NCBI GenBank assembly: GCA_963518725.1
Contig: CAUQLO010000001.1
Location: 2,131-66,130 of the forward strand
Origin: an uncultured Veillonella sp.
GTDB lineage: Bacteria; Bacillota; Negativicutes; Veillonellales; Veillonellaceae
Reading direction: 5' to 3'
DNA length: 64,000 nt
Shown here: positions 1 to 9,681 of the stretch, piece by piece
Layout: each line of letters begins with the position of its first letter
How positions within the stretch are numbered: position 1 is the stretch's first letter
Program-made: the position numbers and the translations under genes
The notes under the pieces: model-generated
What the model was told of the DNA's origin: nothing
Seen by the model: the letters and a program-made list of their open reading frames with translations, nothing else
Database searches by the model: none

Positions 1-1
1 T

Positions 2-376
2 GGTGTACTAGCGATGAAACCGAAATGTATTATTTTAGATGAGCCAACGGCTATGCTCGATCCAAAGGGTCGTAAAGAAGTCATGGATACGGTGTACCGT
101 CTTAATAAAGAAGAGGGCATCACTATCGTGTACATTACGCATTTTATGGAAGAAGCTGCCTTGGCAGATCGCATCATTGTGATGAAACAAGGCAAGGTCA
201 TCGATGAAGGGGCCCCAAAAGATGTATTTATGAATGTAGACACGTTAAAAGGTCTTGGTCTCGATGTGCCGGTGCCATCAGAAATTGCAGTGCGCTTACA
301 AGAACAAGGGGTAACTATGCCAACAGGTATTACCACCAATGACGAACTAGGGGAGGCCATATGTCAATTCAATTAG
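2..376 (+). CDS. ecfA1: ECF transporter ATPase A1 (5'-truncated by window edge)
   Basis: Frame is open from position 2 (GVLAMKPKCIILDEPTAMLDP); Walker B and H-loop (ITHFMEE); followed by ecfA2-ecfT-truA. Confidence 0.9.
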   Translation, partial: GVLAMKPKCIILDEPTAMLDPKGRKEVMDTVYRLNKEEGITIVYITHFMEEAALADRIIVMKQGKVIDEGAPKDVFMNVDTLKGLGLDVPVPSEIAVRLQEQGVTMPTGITTNDELGEAICQFN

Positions 377-1230
377 AACATGTCACCTACACCTATGGGC
401 AGGGGACACCTTTCGAAAAAACGGCCTTGCACGATGTGAACTTGACCATTCACGAAGGTGAGTTTGTAGGTGTTATCGGTCATACAGGGTCGGGTAAATC
501 TACATTAGTGCAACATCTAAATGGCTTATTACACCCCACAACAGGCACTGTGAAAGTAAATGGTGTTGACTTAGTGGATAAAACAGAAACAGTTAAACAA
601 ACTCGTCACAAAGTAGGCATGGTATTCCAATATCCAGAACATCAACTGTTTGAAGAAACGATTGCTAAAGATATTGCCTTTGGTCCAAAAAATTTAGGTT
701 TCGATGAGGCAGAAATAGATCGTCGTGTGCGAGAAGCGATGCAATTTGTAGGCTTAGACTACGATACCTATGCAGAGAGGTCTCCCTTCCATTTATCGGG
801 TGGACAAATGCGCCGTGTGGCTATCGCCGGAGTCATTGCCTTAGACCCAGACTATTTAATTCTCGATGAGCCATCTGCTGGACTTGACCCATTTGGGCGA
901 GAAGAAATCTTTGGAGAAATCATGAAACTACACAAGGAAAAAGGCATTACCGTTATCCTTGTATCTCATAATATGGAAGATATTTCCCGCATGGCAAATC
1001 GCTTGATTGTGATGCACAAAGGACAAGTCTTATTAGATGGTAATCCTATCGAGATTTTCCACAATGACCGTGAGAAATTACAATCTGCGGGTGTCGATGT
1101 GCCTCCATTGTCGCAAACATTGCAAGCTTTGGCAGAACGAAACATTCCTGTCAATATTGACCGTGTCCATGTCCATGAGGCAGTAGCAGACATTTACGAC
1201 TATCTCAAGGAGGTGCACCATGCTAAGTAA
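361..1230 (+). CDS. ecfA2: ECF transporter ATPase A2
   Basis: GHTGSGKST Walker A, FQYPEHQLF, LSGGQMRRVAIAG signature. Confidence 0.93.
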   Translation: MSIQLEHVTYTYGQGTPFEKTALHDVNLTIHEGEFVGVIGHTGSGKSTLVQHLNGLLHPTTGTVKVNGVDLVDKTETVKQTRHKVGMVFQYPEHQLFEETIAKDIAFGPKNLGFDEAEIDRRVREAMQFVGLDYDTYAERSPFHLSGGQMRRVAIAGVIALDPDYLILDEPSAGLDPFGREEIFGEIMKLHKEKGITVILVSHNMEDISRMANRLIVMHKGQVLLDGNPIEIFHNDREKLQSAGVDVPPLSQTLQALAERNIPVNIDRVHVHEAVADIYDYLKEVHHAK

Positions 1231-2026
1231 TATTACCATCGGACAGTACTTTCCAGGAGATTCTTTGCTCCACCGCATGGATCCACGGGCCAAGATTATA
1301 GCCACCATGATCTTTATCATTGCGATCTTCTTTGCAGACAGTCTGGTGACATATAGCATTGTGGCGGCCTTTACCTTCGGTTGTTTGGGCCTGTCTCGCT
1401 TGCCAGTGCGGCTCGTGTGGCTGTCCATTAAACCATTGTGGATTATCATCGTATTCACCTTGGCCATTCACGTGTTCACCACACCGGGAGAATACTTGTT
1501 TACCTATGGTTGGTTACACATCAGCCGAGAAGGTCTTAATTTGGGCGGTCTCATGGCAGGACGATTGATTTTCTTAATCGTGTTTTCCTCCTTGTTGACC
1601 TATACAACGTCGCCCATACGTTTGACGGACGGTATTGAAAGACTCCTAAACCCGTGGAAACGCTTTGGCGTGCCAGCTCATGAACTAGCTATGATGATGA
1701 CCATTGCTTTGCGGTTCATTCCGACCTTGTTAGAGGAAACGGATCGCATTATGAAAGCCCAAGAATCGCGTGGAGCTGACTTTACTACCGGTTCCTTGGT
1801 GAAGCGAGCTAAGAATATGGTGCCTTTACTTGTGCCATTGTTTATCAGTGCGTTCCGCCGTGCCGACGAATTGGCAGTGGCTATGGAATCTCGGTGTTAT
1901 CGAGGCGGAGAAGGTCGTACTCGCTTGAAAGAATTGCGCTACAGTCCATTAGATTTCTACGGGATTGGCGCCGTGGTGTTCATAAGTGCTCTATTAGCGA
2001 TATTACGCTGGGGATTTGGTGTATAA
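1220..2026 (+). CDS. ecfT: ECF transporter transmembrane T component
   Basis: GQYFPGDS..HRMDPRAK start, ALRFIPTLLEE, two X-R-X motifs (ESRG, ESRCY). Confidence 0.93.
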   Translation: MLSNITIGQYFPGDSLLHRMDPRAKIIATMIFIIAIFFADSLVTYSIVAAFTFGCLGLSRLPVRLVWLSIKPLWIIIVFTLAIHVFTTPGEYLFTYGWLHISREGLNLGGLMAGRLIFLIVFSSLLTYTTSPIRLTDGIERLLNPWKRFGVPAHELAMMMTIALRFIPTLLEETDRIMKAQESRGADFTTGSLVKRAKNMVPLLVPLFISAFRRADELAVAMESRCYRGGEGRTRLKELRYSPLDFYGIGAVVFISALLAILRWGFGV

Positions 2027-2106
2027 GCAGTAGTTGCATATATATGTTAGTGACAGATGTATGTGCCAATCTAATAGGGTTAGAAAGATAGTAGAAAGAA
2101 TAAGAT

Positions 2107-2892
2107 ATGACAAGAACGATACAGCTCATCGTGGCCTATGATGGAACGGAGCTCTGCGGGTACCAACGGCAACAGAACGGTCCTACGGTGCAAGGCTATC
2201 TAGAAGAAGCGTTGTCCAAGGTGTGCAATGAGCCCATCACGATTTATGGCTCTTCGCGAACGGATGCAGGCGTCCACGCTAGAGGGCAAGTGGTGGCTTT
2301 CACCACAAATGGCAAGATTCCCGTAGACAATTTGATGCGGGCCCTCATCGCCCATATGCCGCCCTATATCGTGGTCCGTGAGGCACAGGAGCTACCGCCG
2401 GATTGGAATCCAAGGAATTATGTGAAAGGGAAGGAATACATTTATACCATTCACAATGATGCCGTGGTGGACCCGTTGCAATTGCGCTATGCCTACCATG
2501 TGCGCAAACCCTTGGATATAGAGGCGATGCTACATGCAGCACAAGCTCTAGAGGGAACACATAATTTCAGCACTTTCAAAGGCCATAATACGACAGTACA
2601 AGATCCAGTGAAAACGATGTATGCCGTGAAAGTCATCCAAGATGGAACGACGGTACGTATTCATGTGTTGGGAGATGGATTTGTGTACCACATGGTGCGG
2701 AATATGGCAGGATTCTTGGTGGATGTAGGCTTAGGGCGCTTTCACCCAGAGGATGTACCACGCATCATCGTTGGTGAAAATAGGCAACTTATAGGAAAAA
2801 CAGCACCTGCCCATGGACTGTGCTTAGATACGGTGTTTGTGGATGAGGATAGTTTGGAGGCAGCTGTCATTAGATTATCAAACGTAGTTTAG
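2107..2892 (+). CDS. truA: tRNA pseudouridine(38-40) synthase
   Basis: YDGT..GYQ, SRTDAGVHA catalytic motif, GFVYHMVR, TAPAHGL. Confidence 0.95.
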   Translation: MTRTIQLIVAYDGTELCGYQRQQNGPTVQGYLEEALSKVCNEPITIYGSSRTDAGVHARGQVVAFTTNGKIPVDNLMRALIAHMPPYIVVREAQELPPDWNPRNYVKGKEYIYTIHNDAVVDPLQLRYAYHVRKPLDIEAMLHAAQALEGTHNFSTFKGHNTTVQDPVKTMYAVKVIQDGTTVRIHVLGDGFVYHMVRNMAGFLVDVGLGRFHPEDVPRIIVGENRQLIGKTAPAHGLCLDTVFVDEDSLEAAVIRLSNVV

Positions 2893-2901
2893 GAGGTTAT
2901 C

Positions 2902-3204
2902 ATGAAAGAAGACGGAATCCATACGCATATTGCCATTAAAATGCCAGAGTATATTATCGATGTAGATGAACTGGTGAATGATCCAGTGAATCGTCGTAAA
3001 TTAGCTCGATTCATTATGAAACGCCATTTAGATATGGATAAAATCATTGAAGAATTTGTGAATAATCCAGAGAACGAAGCAGAATTAATGCGCTTTGCCG
3101 CATCCGTAGTGTTCTCTAAAACAGGTCGCGATATGAACGAATATAGTGATGATGTATTGCCATTGTTCTTTGAAGAAGCAGTGTACGAAGATGATTTGCT
3201 GTAA
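2902..3204 (+). CDS. hypothetical acidic protein (100 aa)
   Basis: Strong SD (AGGAGG) right after the truA stop; no family recognised. Confidence 0.7.
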   Translation: MKEDGIHTHIAIKMPEYIIDVDELVNDPVNRRKLARFIMKRHLDMDKIIEEFVNNPENEAELMRFAASVVFSKTGRDMNEYSDDVLPLFFEEAVYEDDLL

Positions 3205-3243
3205 CCCCAACATGTATAATAGAACCGTATTATAAAACCAAAA

Positions 3244-3283
3244 AATAGAGGAAAGTTGATGATATTATCAACCTTCCTCTATT
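3244..3283. repeat. dispersed palindrome family, copy 1 (probable bidirectional terminator / IS-end relic)
   Basis: AATAGAGGAAAGTTGAT-gatatt-ATCAACCTTCCTCTATT. Confidence 0.85.
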
Positions 3284-3319
3284 GCATTTGTGGCCATTTT
3301 GTGACGGCTCTATTGTAAA

Positions 3320-3361
3320 TATTTAGGAACATTGCAAGGATATGTGAAATGTTCCTAAATA
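3320..3361. repeat. 14-bp perfect inverted repeat
   Basis: TATTTAGGAACATT-N14-AATGTTCCTAAATA. Confidence 0.8.
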
Positions 3362-3365
3362 GCAG

Positions 3366-3393
3366 TAGGAGGCTGTTTTGCAACAGCCTCCTA
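3366..3393. terminator. hairpin downstream of the NCS2 permease
   Basis: TAGGAGGCTGTT-ttgc-AACAGCCTCCTA. Confidence 0.6.
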
Positions 3394-3418
3394 TTGTATT
3401 TCATATATAGTATGGTGT

Positions 3419-4789
3419 TTATTCAAACCAAATGTATTTCGCTAATACGATGGCACCGAGTACATACATGAACCAGTGTACGTCTTTGTGACGGCCTGTG
3501 ATGAATTTCATCAATGGATATACGATAAGGCCTGCGGCTACACCGTTTGCAATGCTGTATGTGAAAGGCATTAACACGATGACTAAGTACGCAGGGAAAC
3601 CTTCTGTCCAATCGGAGAAATCAATTTCACGGATGGATTCCATCATCAAGGCGCCCACTAGGATCAGTACAGGTGCAGTCGCTGCATTTGGTACTAAGGC
3701 AATGAGGGGGGCAAAGAATAAGCAAAGAATAAACATGATACCGCAAGTGACAGCGGTTAAACCAGTACGACCGCCTGCGCCAACGCCGGCAGCACTTTCA
3801 ACGAAAGCAGTAATGGTGCTGGAACCTAACATGGCACCGAAGCTAACCCCGAGGGAGTCCACGATCATTGCTTTGCCAAGACCAGGAAACTCACCTTTTT
3901 TAGGATCTGCAATACCAGCTTTGGAAGCGGTCGCAATCAAGGTACCCATGGAGTCGAATAATTCGACGAAGGTGAAAGAGAAAATGATGGTAATTAAACC
4001 TACGTGGAAAGCAGAGGCAATGTCTAATTCCATAAAGGCAACTTTACTGAAATCAGGGATAGCCATGATGCTAAAGGAACTAGGTAGTGTGGCTACGCCA
4101 GTGGCATAGGCCAAGATGGATGTCACGATAACACCGATTAGCAAGGAACCAGGCACTCGGCGCGCCATCAAGGCAGCGGAGAAGAATAAACCAAATAGAG
4201 ATAATAGCACTTCTGGATTGCCTAGATTACCCAATGTCAACAAGGTTTCAGACGGCGTTGGTGCCCCGTGACCTTTGGCGCTGACAATATCATTTAATGT
4301 ACCTGGTTGTAAGGATAAGGCGATAGTCATCAAACCAGATAATTTCAAGCCAATGATACAGATGAATAAACCAATACCAACAGTAATGGCAATTTTTAAA
4401 GACGTAGGAATGGCCTCGATGATTAATTGGCGAATCTTGGTTAAGGTTAACACCAAGAATACAAGACCAGAAATAAAGACAGCACCTAATGCAGTTTGCC
4501 AAGTTAGCCCCATACCGAGTACAACAGTAAAGGAATAGAATGCTAATAGGCCAACCCCTGGTGCTAAGGCGATCGGATAGTTAACAAACAAGCCCATAGC
4601 GATTGTTACTAAACCACCACCTAAGGCTGTAGCAATTAATACGGCATCTTTGTCCATTCCAGCTAGACTTAATAAATTGGGAGCTAGCAATAGAATGTAT
4701 GCCATGGTAATGAATGTGGTAAGCCCTGCAAGGACTTCTGTACGGACTGAAGTGTTTCGCTCTTTCAATGCGAATAACCGTTCTAACAT
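3419..4789 (-). CDS. NCS2/AzgA-family purine (guanine/hypoxanthine/adenine) permease
   Basis: TEVLAGLTTFITMAYI, FDSMGTL, ESAAGVGAGGRTGLTA, PFTYSIANG; start moved to ATG 4789 behind SD GGAGG. Confidence 0.9.
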   Translation of the reverse strand: MLERLFALKERNTSVRTEVLAGLTTFITMAYILLLAPNLLSLAGMDKDAVLIATALGGGLVTIAMGLFVNYPIALAPGVGLLAFYSFTVVLGMGLTWQTALGAVFISGLVFLVLTLTKIRQLIIEAIPTSLKIAITVGIGLFICIIGLKLSGLMTIALSLQPGTLNDIVSAKGHGAPTPSETLLTLGNLGNPEVLLSLFGLFFSAALMARRVPGSLLIGVIVTSILAYATGVATLPSSFSIMAIPDFSKVAFMELDIASAFHVGLITIIFSFTFVELFDSMGTLIATASKAGIADPKKGEFPGLGKAMIVDSLGVSFGAMLGSSTITAFVESAAGVGAGGRTGLTAVTCGIMFILCLFFAPLIALVPNAATAPVLILVGALMMESIREIDFSDWTEGFPAYLVIVLMPFTYSIANGVAAGLIVYPLMKFITGRHKDVHWFMYVLGAIVLAKYIWFE

Positions 4790-5112
4790 GGTACCCCTCC
4801 TAAATATAAAAAATAGTACAACCTTATTGTAGCACAGCCGAGGCCGATAGGATAGAGGGTTTGGCAAAATTTATTCATAAAATTTATAAAATCAGCAAAA
4901 TACATTATTATTTCTAATGAATAAATAATATATAGTTTAATGTGTTGTATTCATATCGTGTAGACATGAAAAAATAAGGAATATTTGCAAAAAACGGGTA
5001 GACTTTATTCATATTATGCACAGTAAATGTCCATAATTCATATAGACAAATTTCGGCATAGTAATATATAATAGTGAAAGGAATAAATCCTACTTTTGAA
5101 GAGGTATTATTT

Positions 5113-5529
5113 ATGAAAATTTCTACTAAAGGTCGTTATGCATTAAGAGTGTTAGTGGACTTAGCTGAACACAGTGTAGATCGAAATGTATCCATTCGGG
5201 AAATGGCGGAACGCCAAAATATTTCAGATAAATATTTAGAAGGTATTGTTGCTAGATTAAGTGCAGCTGGGTATGTGAAAAGCGTTCGTGGTAAGTATGG
5301 CGGATACCAGCTTACGAAGGAACCAAAAGACTATACTTTGTACGATATTTTAGCAGCCACAGAAGATTCCATCGCTGTCGTAGCATGTTTAGAGGATGAA
5401 ATCAATACATGTCCTATGAGTGAAGGATGCCGCACATTGCCGTTATGGGAGCATTTGCAGAATCATCTGCGCGAATATATGCAAAGTTTAACACTACAAG
5501 ATGTCATTGACCGACACTTCACAGTGTAA
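5113..5529 (+). CDS. Rrf2-family transcriptional regulator (IscR/CymR-like)
   Basis: MKISTKGRYALR, SVRGKYGGY wing, three C-terminal Cys (C..C..C); start at ATG 5113 after GAGG. Confidence 0.88.
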   Translation: MKISTKGRYALRVLVDLAEHSVDRNVSIREMAERQNISDKYLEGIVARLSAAGYVKSVRGKYGGYQLTKEPKDYTLYDILAATEDSIAVVACLEDEINTCPMSEGCRTLPLWEHLQNHLREYMQSLTLQDVIDRHFTV

Positions 5530-5561
5530 CAGTATGAGAAAAGGGTAAGGGAAGTTTTGAA

Positions 5562-6008
5562 ATGAAAAAGGAGAAAGAAAAACAGGCTGTTAGCTTGGAA
5601 AACCATGTGAGTTTTTCTTTGTATGCAACGGCTAAAGAAATGGTGCGAGCTTGTCAACCAGAGTTGTCTGACTTGGGATTGACTTATACACAGTATTTAG
5701 CGATGACTGTTATATGGGAAACGAAGACAGTCCATCTAAAGACAATTGGGGATGCCATCTTCTTAGATTCAGGCACATTGACACCATTGTTGCGCAAGCT
5801 AGAGGCGAAAGGTTTGATCACTCGTGAACGCTTGCGTTCAGATGAACGAGCTATGTCCATTGGCTTGACAGCAAAAGGAAAAGCATTGCAAAAACGAGCT
5901 AAGCATATTCCAGAATTATTAGCTGGAAAGCTTGGTTTAAGCACAGAGGAATTAGCTACATTACAACAGTTAATGAGAAAGTCTCTTGTGAATTTAGGTA
6001 AAAGATAA
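5562..6008 (+). CDS. MarR-family regulator, OhrR-like
   Basis: LENHVSFSLY, LGLTYTQYL, LDSGTLTPLLRKLE, DER wing. Confidence 0.88.
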   Translation: MKKEKEKQAVSLENHVSFSLYATAKEMVRACQPELSDLGLTYTQYLAMTVIWETKTVHLKTIGDAIFLDSGTLTPLLRKLEAKGLITRERLRSDERAMSIGLTAKGKALQKRAKHIPELLAGKLGLSTEELATLQQLMRKSLVNLGKR

Positions 6009-6037
6009 GGGTATTCTCCTCTAGAGAATACCTTCGC

Positions 6038-6073
6038 AGGATAGTTGACAATTACAGTCAACTGTCCTTTTTT
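6038..6073 (+). terminator. Rho-independent terminator
   Basis: AGGATAGTTGAC-N7-GTCAACTGTCCT followed by T-run; preceded by a second hairpin at 6007-6034. Confidence 0.75.
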
Positions 6074-6157
6074 ACATTTTCTGAGCACGCATGAGCAGGG
6101 AATTTGTTTGAGAGTTTCCTTTCTGTGTTACAATGGTGTAAGAGTGTAAAATAACAG

Positions 6158-7375
6158 GTGAATCATATGAAACAATTACAACAAACAGGGATGACTGCCG
6201 TTTGGATACTCACCATCGGTATGTCTTTGCTGGCGATTTGCTATACCATGATTATCCCTTTTTTACCGGTCTATCTTTTAGAACTAGGGGTGGATCAGGA
6301 GGAGCTCGCCATCTGGTCGGGCCTATCCTTTTCTATTTCCTTTTTCATCGCCGCCATTATGGCACCTATATGGGGACGGTTGGCGGATCGACATGGTAAA
6401 AAAATGATGGCTATTCGAGCGGGCATTTTAATTGGCATTTCCTATCTATGGGGCGGTCTGGTACAAGATGGGTACCAATTTGTGCTAGTTAGAGCGTTCC
6501 AAGGATTTGCGAATGGCTTTATGCCGGCGGCCATGACCATGGTATCTTTATCGGTGCCGAAAGAACGGGTTGGTACCGCTATGGGTATCTTTCAAATGGG
6601 CCTCGTCCTAGGAAACACCGTGGGTCCCTTAACAGGGGGCCTAACAGAACTGGTGGTGGGCATGCGCCCCGTGTTTATCGTGGCAGGAGTGGTCCTCTTT
6701 GTGGTGACCGCTGCCATTGCCATCTTTGTGAAAGAACCCGTCGTAGAAACAGATGCGCCGGTGAAAGTCAGCTCTTTCAGAGACGATTTACGGGAGGCAA
6801 AACAAAATAAAGTGTTGATGCATATTCTAGGATTGTATTTCTTGGTGCAATCTGTCATGCTCATGTTACAACCCATCATCGCTATTTATGTAGGAGAGCT
6901 ACAAGGTACTATGGAAGGGGCGGCCATGCTCGCGGGGTCCATCCTTAGTGCAGGCGGAGTGATGGGCATGATCATGACCAATGTATGGGCTGCCTATGGA
7001 CAGAGAAAGGGATACTTTAAAGTTATCTCTTATGGTTTATTGGGAACGGGAAGCATTTTGCTGTTGCAAAGTTTGCCATTTGGATTATGGTGGTTCGCAG
7101 CATTACAGCTTTTTATCGGTGTCTTTATTGTGGGTATTTTCCCATCCTTAGGATCTGCTATGACAGTCAATACGGATCCATCTGTGCGGGGCCGTGTCTT
7201 TGGATTAGCCACTACATCGCAACAATTGGGCAATATGATGGGCCCTTTATTTGCTAGTCTAGTGGCTACGTATTGGGGGACGTCCTATGTATTCTCCGTG
7301 GCAGGCATAGGCATGATATTGATCGGATACCTAGTGCTGCGTATGTATGGACAGCGACCGAATATACAACCATAA
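6158..7375 (+). CDS. MFS transporter (DHA1/MdtG-like efflux)
   Basis: Motif A WGRLADRHGKK, about 12 hydrophobic segments, RGRVFG. Confidence 0.88.
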   Translation: MNHMKQLQQTGMTAVWILTIGMSLLAICYTMIIPFLPVYLLELGVDQEELAIWSGLSFSISFFIAAIMAPIWGRLADRHGKKMMAIRAGILIGISYLWGGLVQDGYQFVLVRAFQGFANGFMPAAMTMVSLSVPKERVGTAMGIFQMGLVLGNTVGPLTGGLTELVVGMRPVFIVAGVVLFVVTAAIAIFVKEPVVETDAPVKVSSFRDDLREAKQNKVLMHILGLYFLVQSVMLMLQPIIAIYVGELQGTMEGAAMLAGSILSAGGVMGMIMTNVWAAYGQRKGYFKVISYGLLGTGSILLLQSLPFGLWWFAALQLFIGVFIVGIFPSLGSAMTVNTDPSVRGRVFGLATTSQQLGNMMGPLFASLVATYWGTSYVFSVAGIGMILIGYLVLRMYGQRPNIQP

Positions 7376-7386
7376 TATATAAAAAT

Positions 7387-7422
7387 AGAGGAAAGTTGAT
7401 CAAAAAATATCAACATTCCTCT
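7387..7422. repeat. dispersed palindrome family, copy 2
   Basis: AGAGGAAAGTTGAT-N8-ATCAACATTCCTCT followed by T-run. Confidence 0.85.
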
Positions 7423-7443
7423 GTTTTTTATATTTTAATAGGC

Positions 7444-7590
7444 AAAAGGTCCCGAAGGACCCTTCTCTTGGTATAATGTAATTATGAACAAACCTAATAC
7501 CAATGCATATAATTATACCAAATTTGTGAGATCTCACTAACTAGTTTTGCCATTGGATTAAGGTATTTTGATCAAAAATAGTGCCTTGTT
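7444..7590 (+). pseudogene. decayed IS (IS1182-like) left end and transposase N-terminal fragment
   Basis: Hairpin, then TG-n-TATAAT 6 nt before ATG 7484; reads MNKPNTNAYNYTKFVRSH*LVLPLD*GILIKNS with stops at 7538 and 7559; resembles the NYT...QLxLPLDLxxLI start of Firmicutes IS1182 transposases. Confidence 0.55.
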
Positions 7591-7593
7591 ATG

Positions 7594-9003
7594 TTATTCT
7601 GCGGTTACCTCTGTATCAGTGGCTGACTCCATTGGGACGTAAAACCCAAAAATAGTATGCTCGTGAGGTGTACTTTCCACTTGTAGCTGACCTTGGTGGA
7701 GTTGTACCACGTTTTGTACGAAGTACAAGCCTAGTCCAATGCCTTTATTTTCCTTGGACGTACGAGATGGCTCCACTTGGTATAAGCGGTCCCAAATCTT
7801 AGGGATGCTTTCAGGAGGAATGCCAATACCATCATCGTCCACAAAGATATGCAGAGTATCTTCCTCTTGGCGGACTTCGAAATGCACTTTCGTGCTGGCA
7901 AACTTGAGGGCATTATCCAATATGTTTGCCATCGCTTGTTGCAACAAAATCTGATTCCCTAAGAGGGTCACAGAGGGATCAATGTGATAGGTAAAGGTGA
8001 GCTGCTTTTCTTGACTCAAACGGGCGTAGGTATCGGCTAAGCGTTGCGCCACATCAGAGATAGGCACGGGCGCTTTGTCAATATCTTTCAAGTTATCCAG
8101 GCGGGCAATCTCTAATAATTGAGACACCATGTCTGCCATGCCCTTGCTTTGGGTGAAAATGTTTTCAAAACTTTCCTTCGCTTCTTCAAGGGAAGATACA
8201 AATTGGCGACCATAGTCACTTTCAGCCTGAATGACAGCAATAGGGGTGCGCAGTTCATGGGATACATCGGAGTTGAAACGTTTTTCACGGTTCGATGCAT
8301 CCTCCAAGCTGTTGAGCATGTGGTTGAAAGTAGATACCAATTGGTACATTGTATCTTTCGATGGGGGAATGGTTTCTATGCGCTCAGATAGATTGCGCTT
8401 TAAGGAGATTTGCTCCGCCAATTCTGTCACGGTGCGCACTGGTTTCAAGCCTCGTTGGATAATCCAATAGCCCCCGATGGTAGCCATAGCCACGAAGAGT
8501 AAACCGCCAATGAGTAAGGCAATCAAGGTTGTATTCGCTTTGCGATCCATTAAGGTAATAGGGGCAATGCCGCGGACGTGACCTCGTGGACCATGAGGGA
8601 CTTGAAAGGGCACGTCGTAGTAGAGATATACCGCATCATTTTGGCGGACTTCTGTGATGGTATTAAAGGACGGAGGATTATCCTGAGAAAAACGCTCTGG
8701 AACGCTACCACGCAAGATCACGCCATCATCTGAATAGACCACTAAGAAAATACCATTATCATAAGGCTTGAACTTTTTGGGATTTGTGGCGGCCTCTATA
8801 ACATTTTGGTGTAGTTCTGAACGAATTTCATGTTCATCCCAGGCAGAGGTAAATTGCATAACAAAGGTTGCTAGTAAGCCAACCATGACGAGTAAAAAGA
8901 TAGAATACCAACTGGTGATTTTATACACGAGAGGGACTCGAACCAACATAGCCTCTACTTGGTGTAATAGGCTGTGGATAGGGCGAGGGATACGATCCAT
9001 CAT
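7594..9003 (-). CDS. HAMP-domain sensor histidine kinase
   Basis: Two TM segments, H-box DVSHELRTP, N-box NILDNALKF, G boxes DDGIGI and GIGLGL. Confidence 0.93.
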   Translation of the reverse strand: MMDRIPRPIHSLLHQVEAMLVRVPLVYKITSWYSIFLLVMVGLLATFVMQFTSAWDEHEIRSELHQNVIEAATNPKKFKPYDNGIFLVVYSDDGVILRGSVPERFSQDNPPSFNTITEVRQNDAVYLYYDVPFQVPHGPRGHVRGIAPITLMDRKANTTLIALLIGGLLFVAMATIGGYWIIQRGLKPVRTVTELAEQISLKRNLSERIETIPPSKDTMYQLVSTFNHMLNSLEDASNREKRFNSDVSHELRTPIAVIQAESDYGRQFVSSLEEAKESFENIFTQSKGMADMVSQLLEIARLDNLKDIDKAPVPISDVAQRLADTYARLSQEKQLTFTYHIDPSVTLLGNQILLQQAMANILDNALKFASTKVHFEVRQEEDTLHIFVDDDGIGIPPESIPKIWDRLYQVEPSRTSKENKGIGLGLYFVQNVVQLHQGQLQVESTPHEHTIFGFYVPMESATDTEVTAE

Positions 9004-9006
9004 AGA

Positions 9007-9681
9007 TTATTCCTCGGTGCGGAACACATAACCGACACCACGTACAGTTTGTATCATTTTGAAAGACTCATCCACATCTATTTTTTTGCGTAAATCTTTG
9101 ATGTATACGTCGATGAGGTTGGAGTAACTTTCATAGTCATATTCCCACACATGGTCTAAAATTTGTTGGCGAGACAAAACGATGTTAGGATTGCTCGCTA
9201 AATAAAAGAGTAAGTCGAACTCTTTTGCCGTTAACGTAACAGGTACCTCATGTAACCAAACGGAACGAGATTTTTGGTTGATTCGAAGCGGACCCGCTAG
9301 GATATCTTCTACCGCTTGGTTGCGACTGCGACGAGCTAGGGCATAGACGCGAGCGATGAGTTCGTCAAACTCGAAAGGTTTCACGAGATAGTCGTCAGCA
9401 CCTAGATTTAGACCGTCTACTTTGTCTTGTAAGGAATCTTTAGCCGTCAAGAATAAGACCGGCGTTTTATTTCCTTCTGCTCGCATTTGGCGTACCACGG
9501 CTAGCCCATCTAGTTTAGGCATCATAATGTCCATGATGATCACATCGTAACTAGAGGTAGTGATATAGTCTAATCCATCTTCGCCATTGTAGCATTGGTC
9601 TACGATCATAGACTCTACTTTCAATCGTTTGGCGATAATATTATTCAGCATTTCTTCGTCTTCTACAATTAAAACTTTCAT
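9007..9681 (-). CDS. OmpR-family response regulator
   Basis: VEDE, DIMMPKLDG, GADDYLVKPF, IQTVRGVGY. Confidence 0.95.
   Translation of the reverse strand: MKVLIVEDEEMLNNIIAKRLKVESMIVDQCYNGEDGLDYITTSSYDVIIMDIMMPKLDGLAVVRQMRAEGNKTPVLFLTAKDSLQDKVDGLNLGADDYLVKPFEFDELIARVYALARRSRNQAVEDILAGPLRINQKSRSVWLHEVPVTLTAKEFDLLFYLASNPNIVLSRQQILDHVWEYDYESYSNLIDVYIKDLRKKIDVDESFKMIQTVRGVGYVFRTEE

Noticed and set aside
4790..4900. Purine riboswitch expected upstream of the NCS2 permease
   Set aside because: No aptamer core visible, and the likely -10 (TACAAT) leaves too short a leader
6038..6068. AGTTGA-containing hairpins at 6038 and 32765 as members of the palindrome family
   Set aside because: They share only a short core and lack the GAGGAAAG arm; treated as ordinary terminators, though distant relatedness is not excluded
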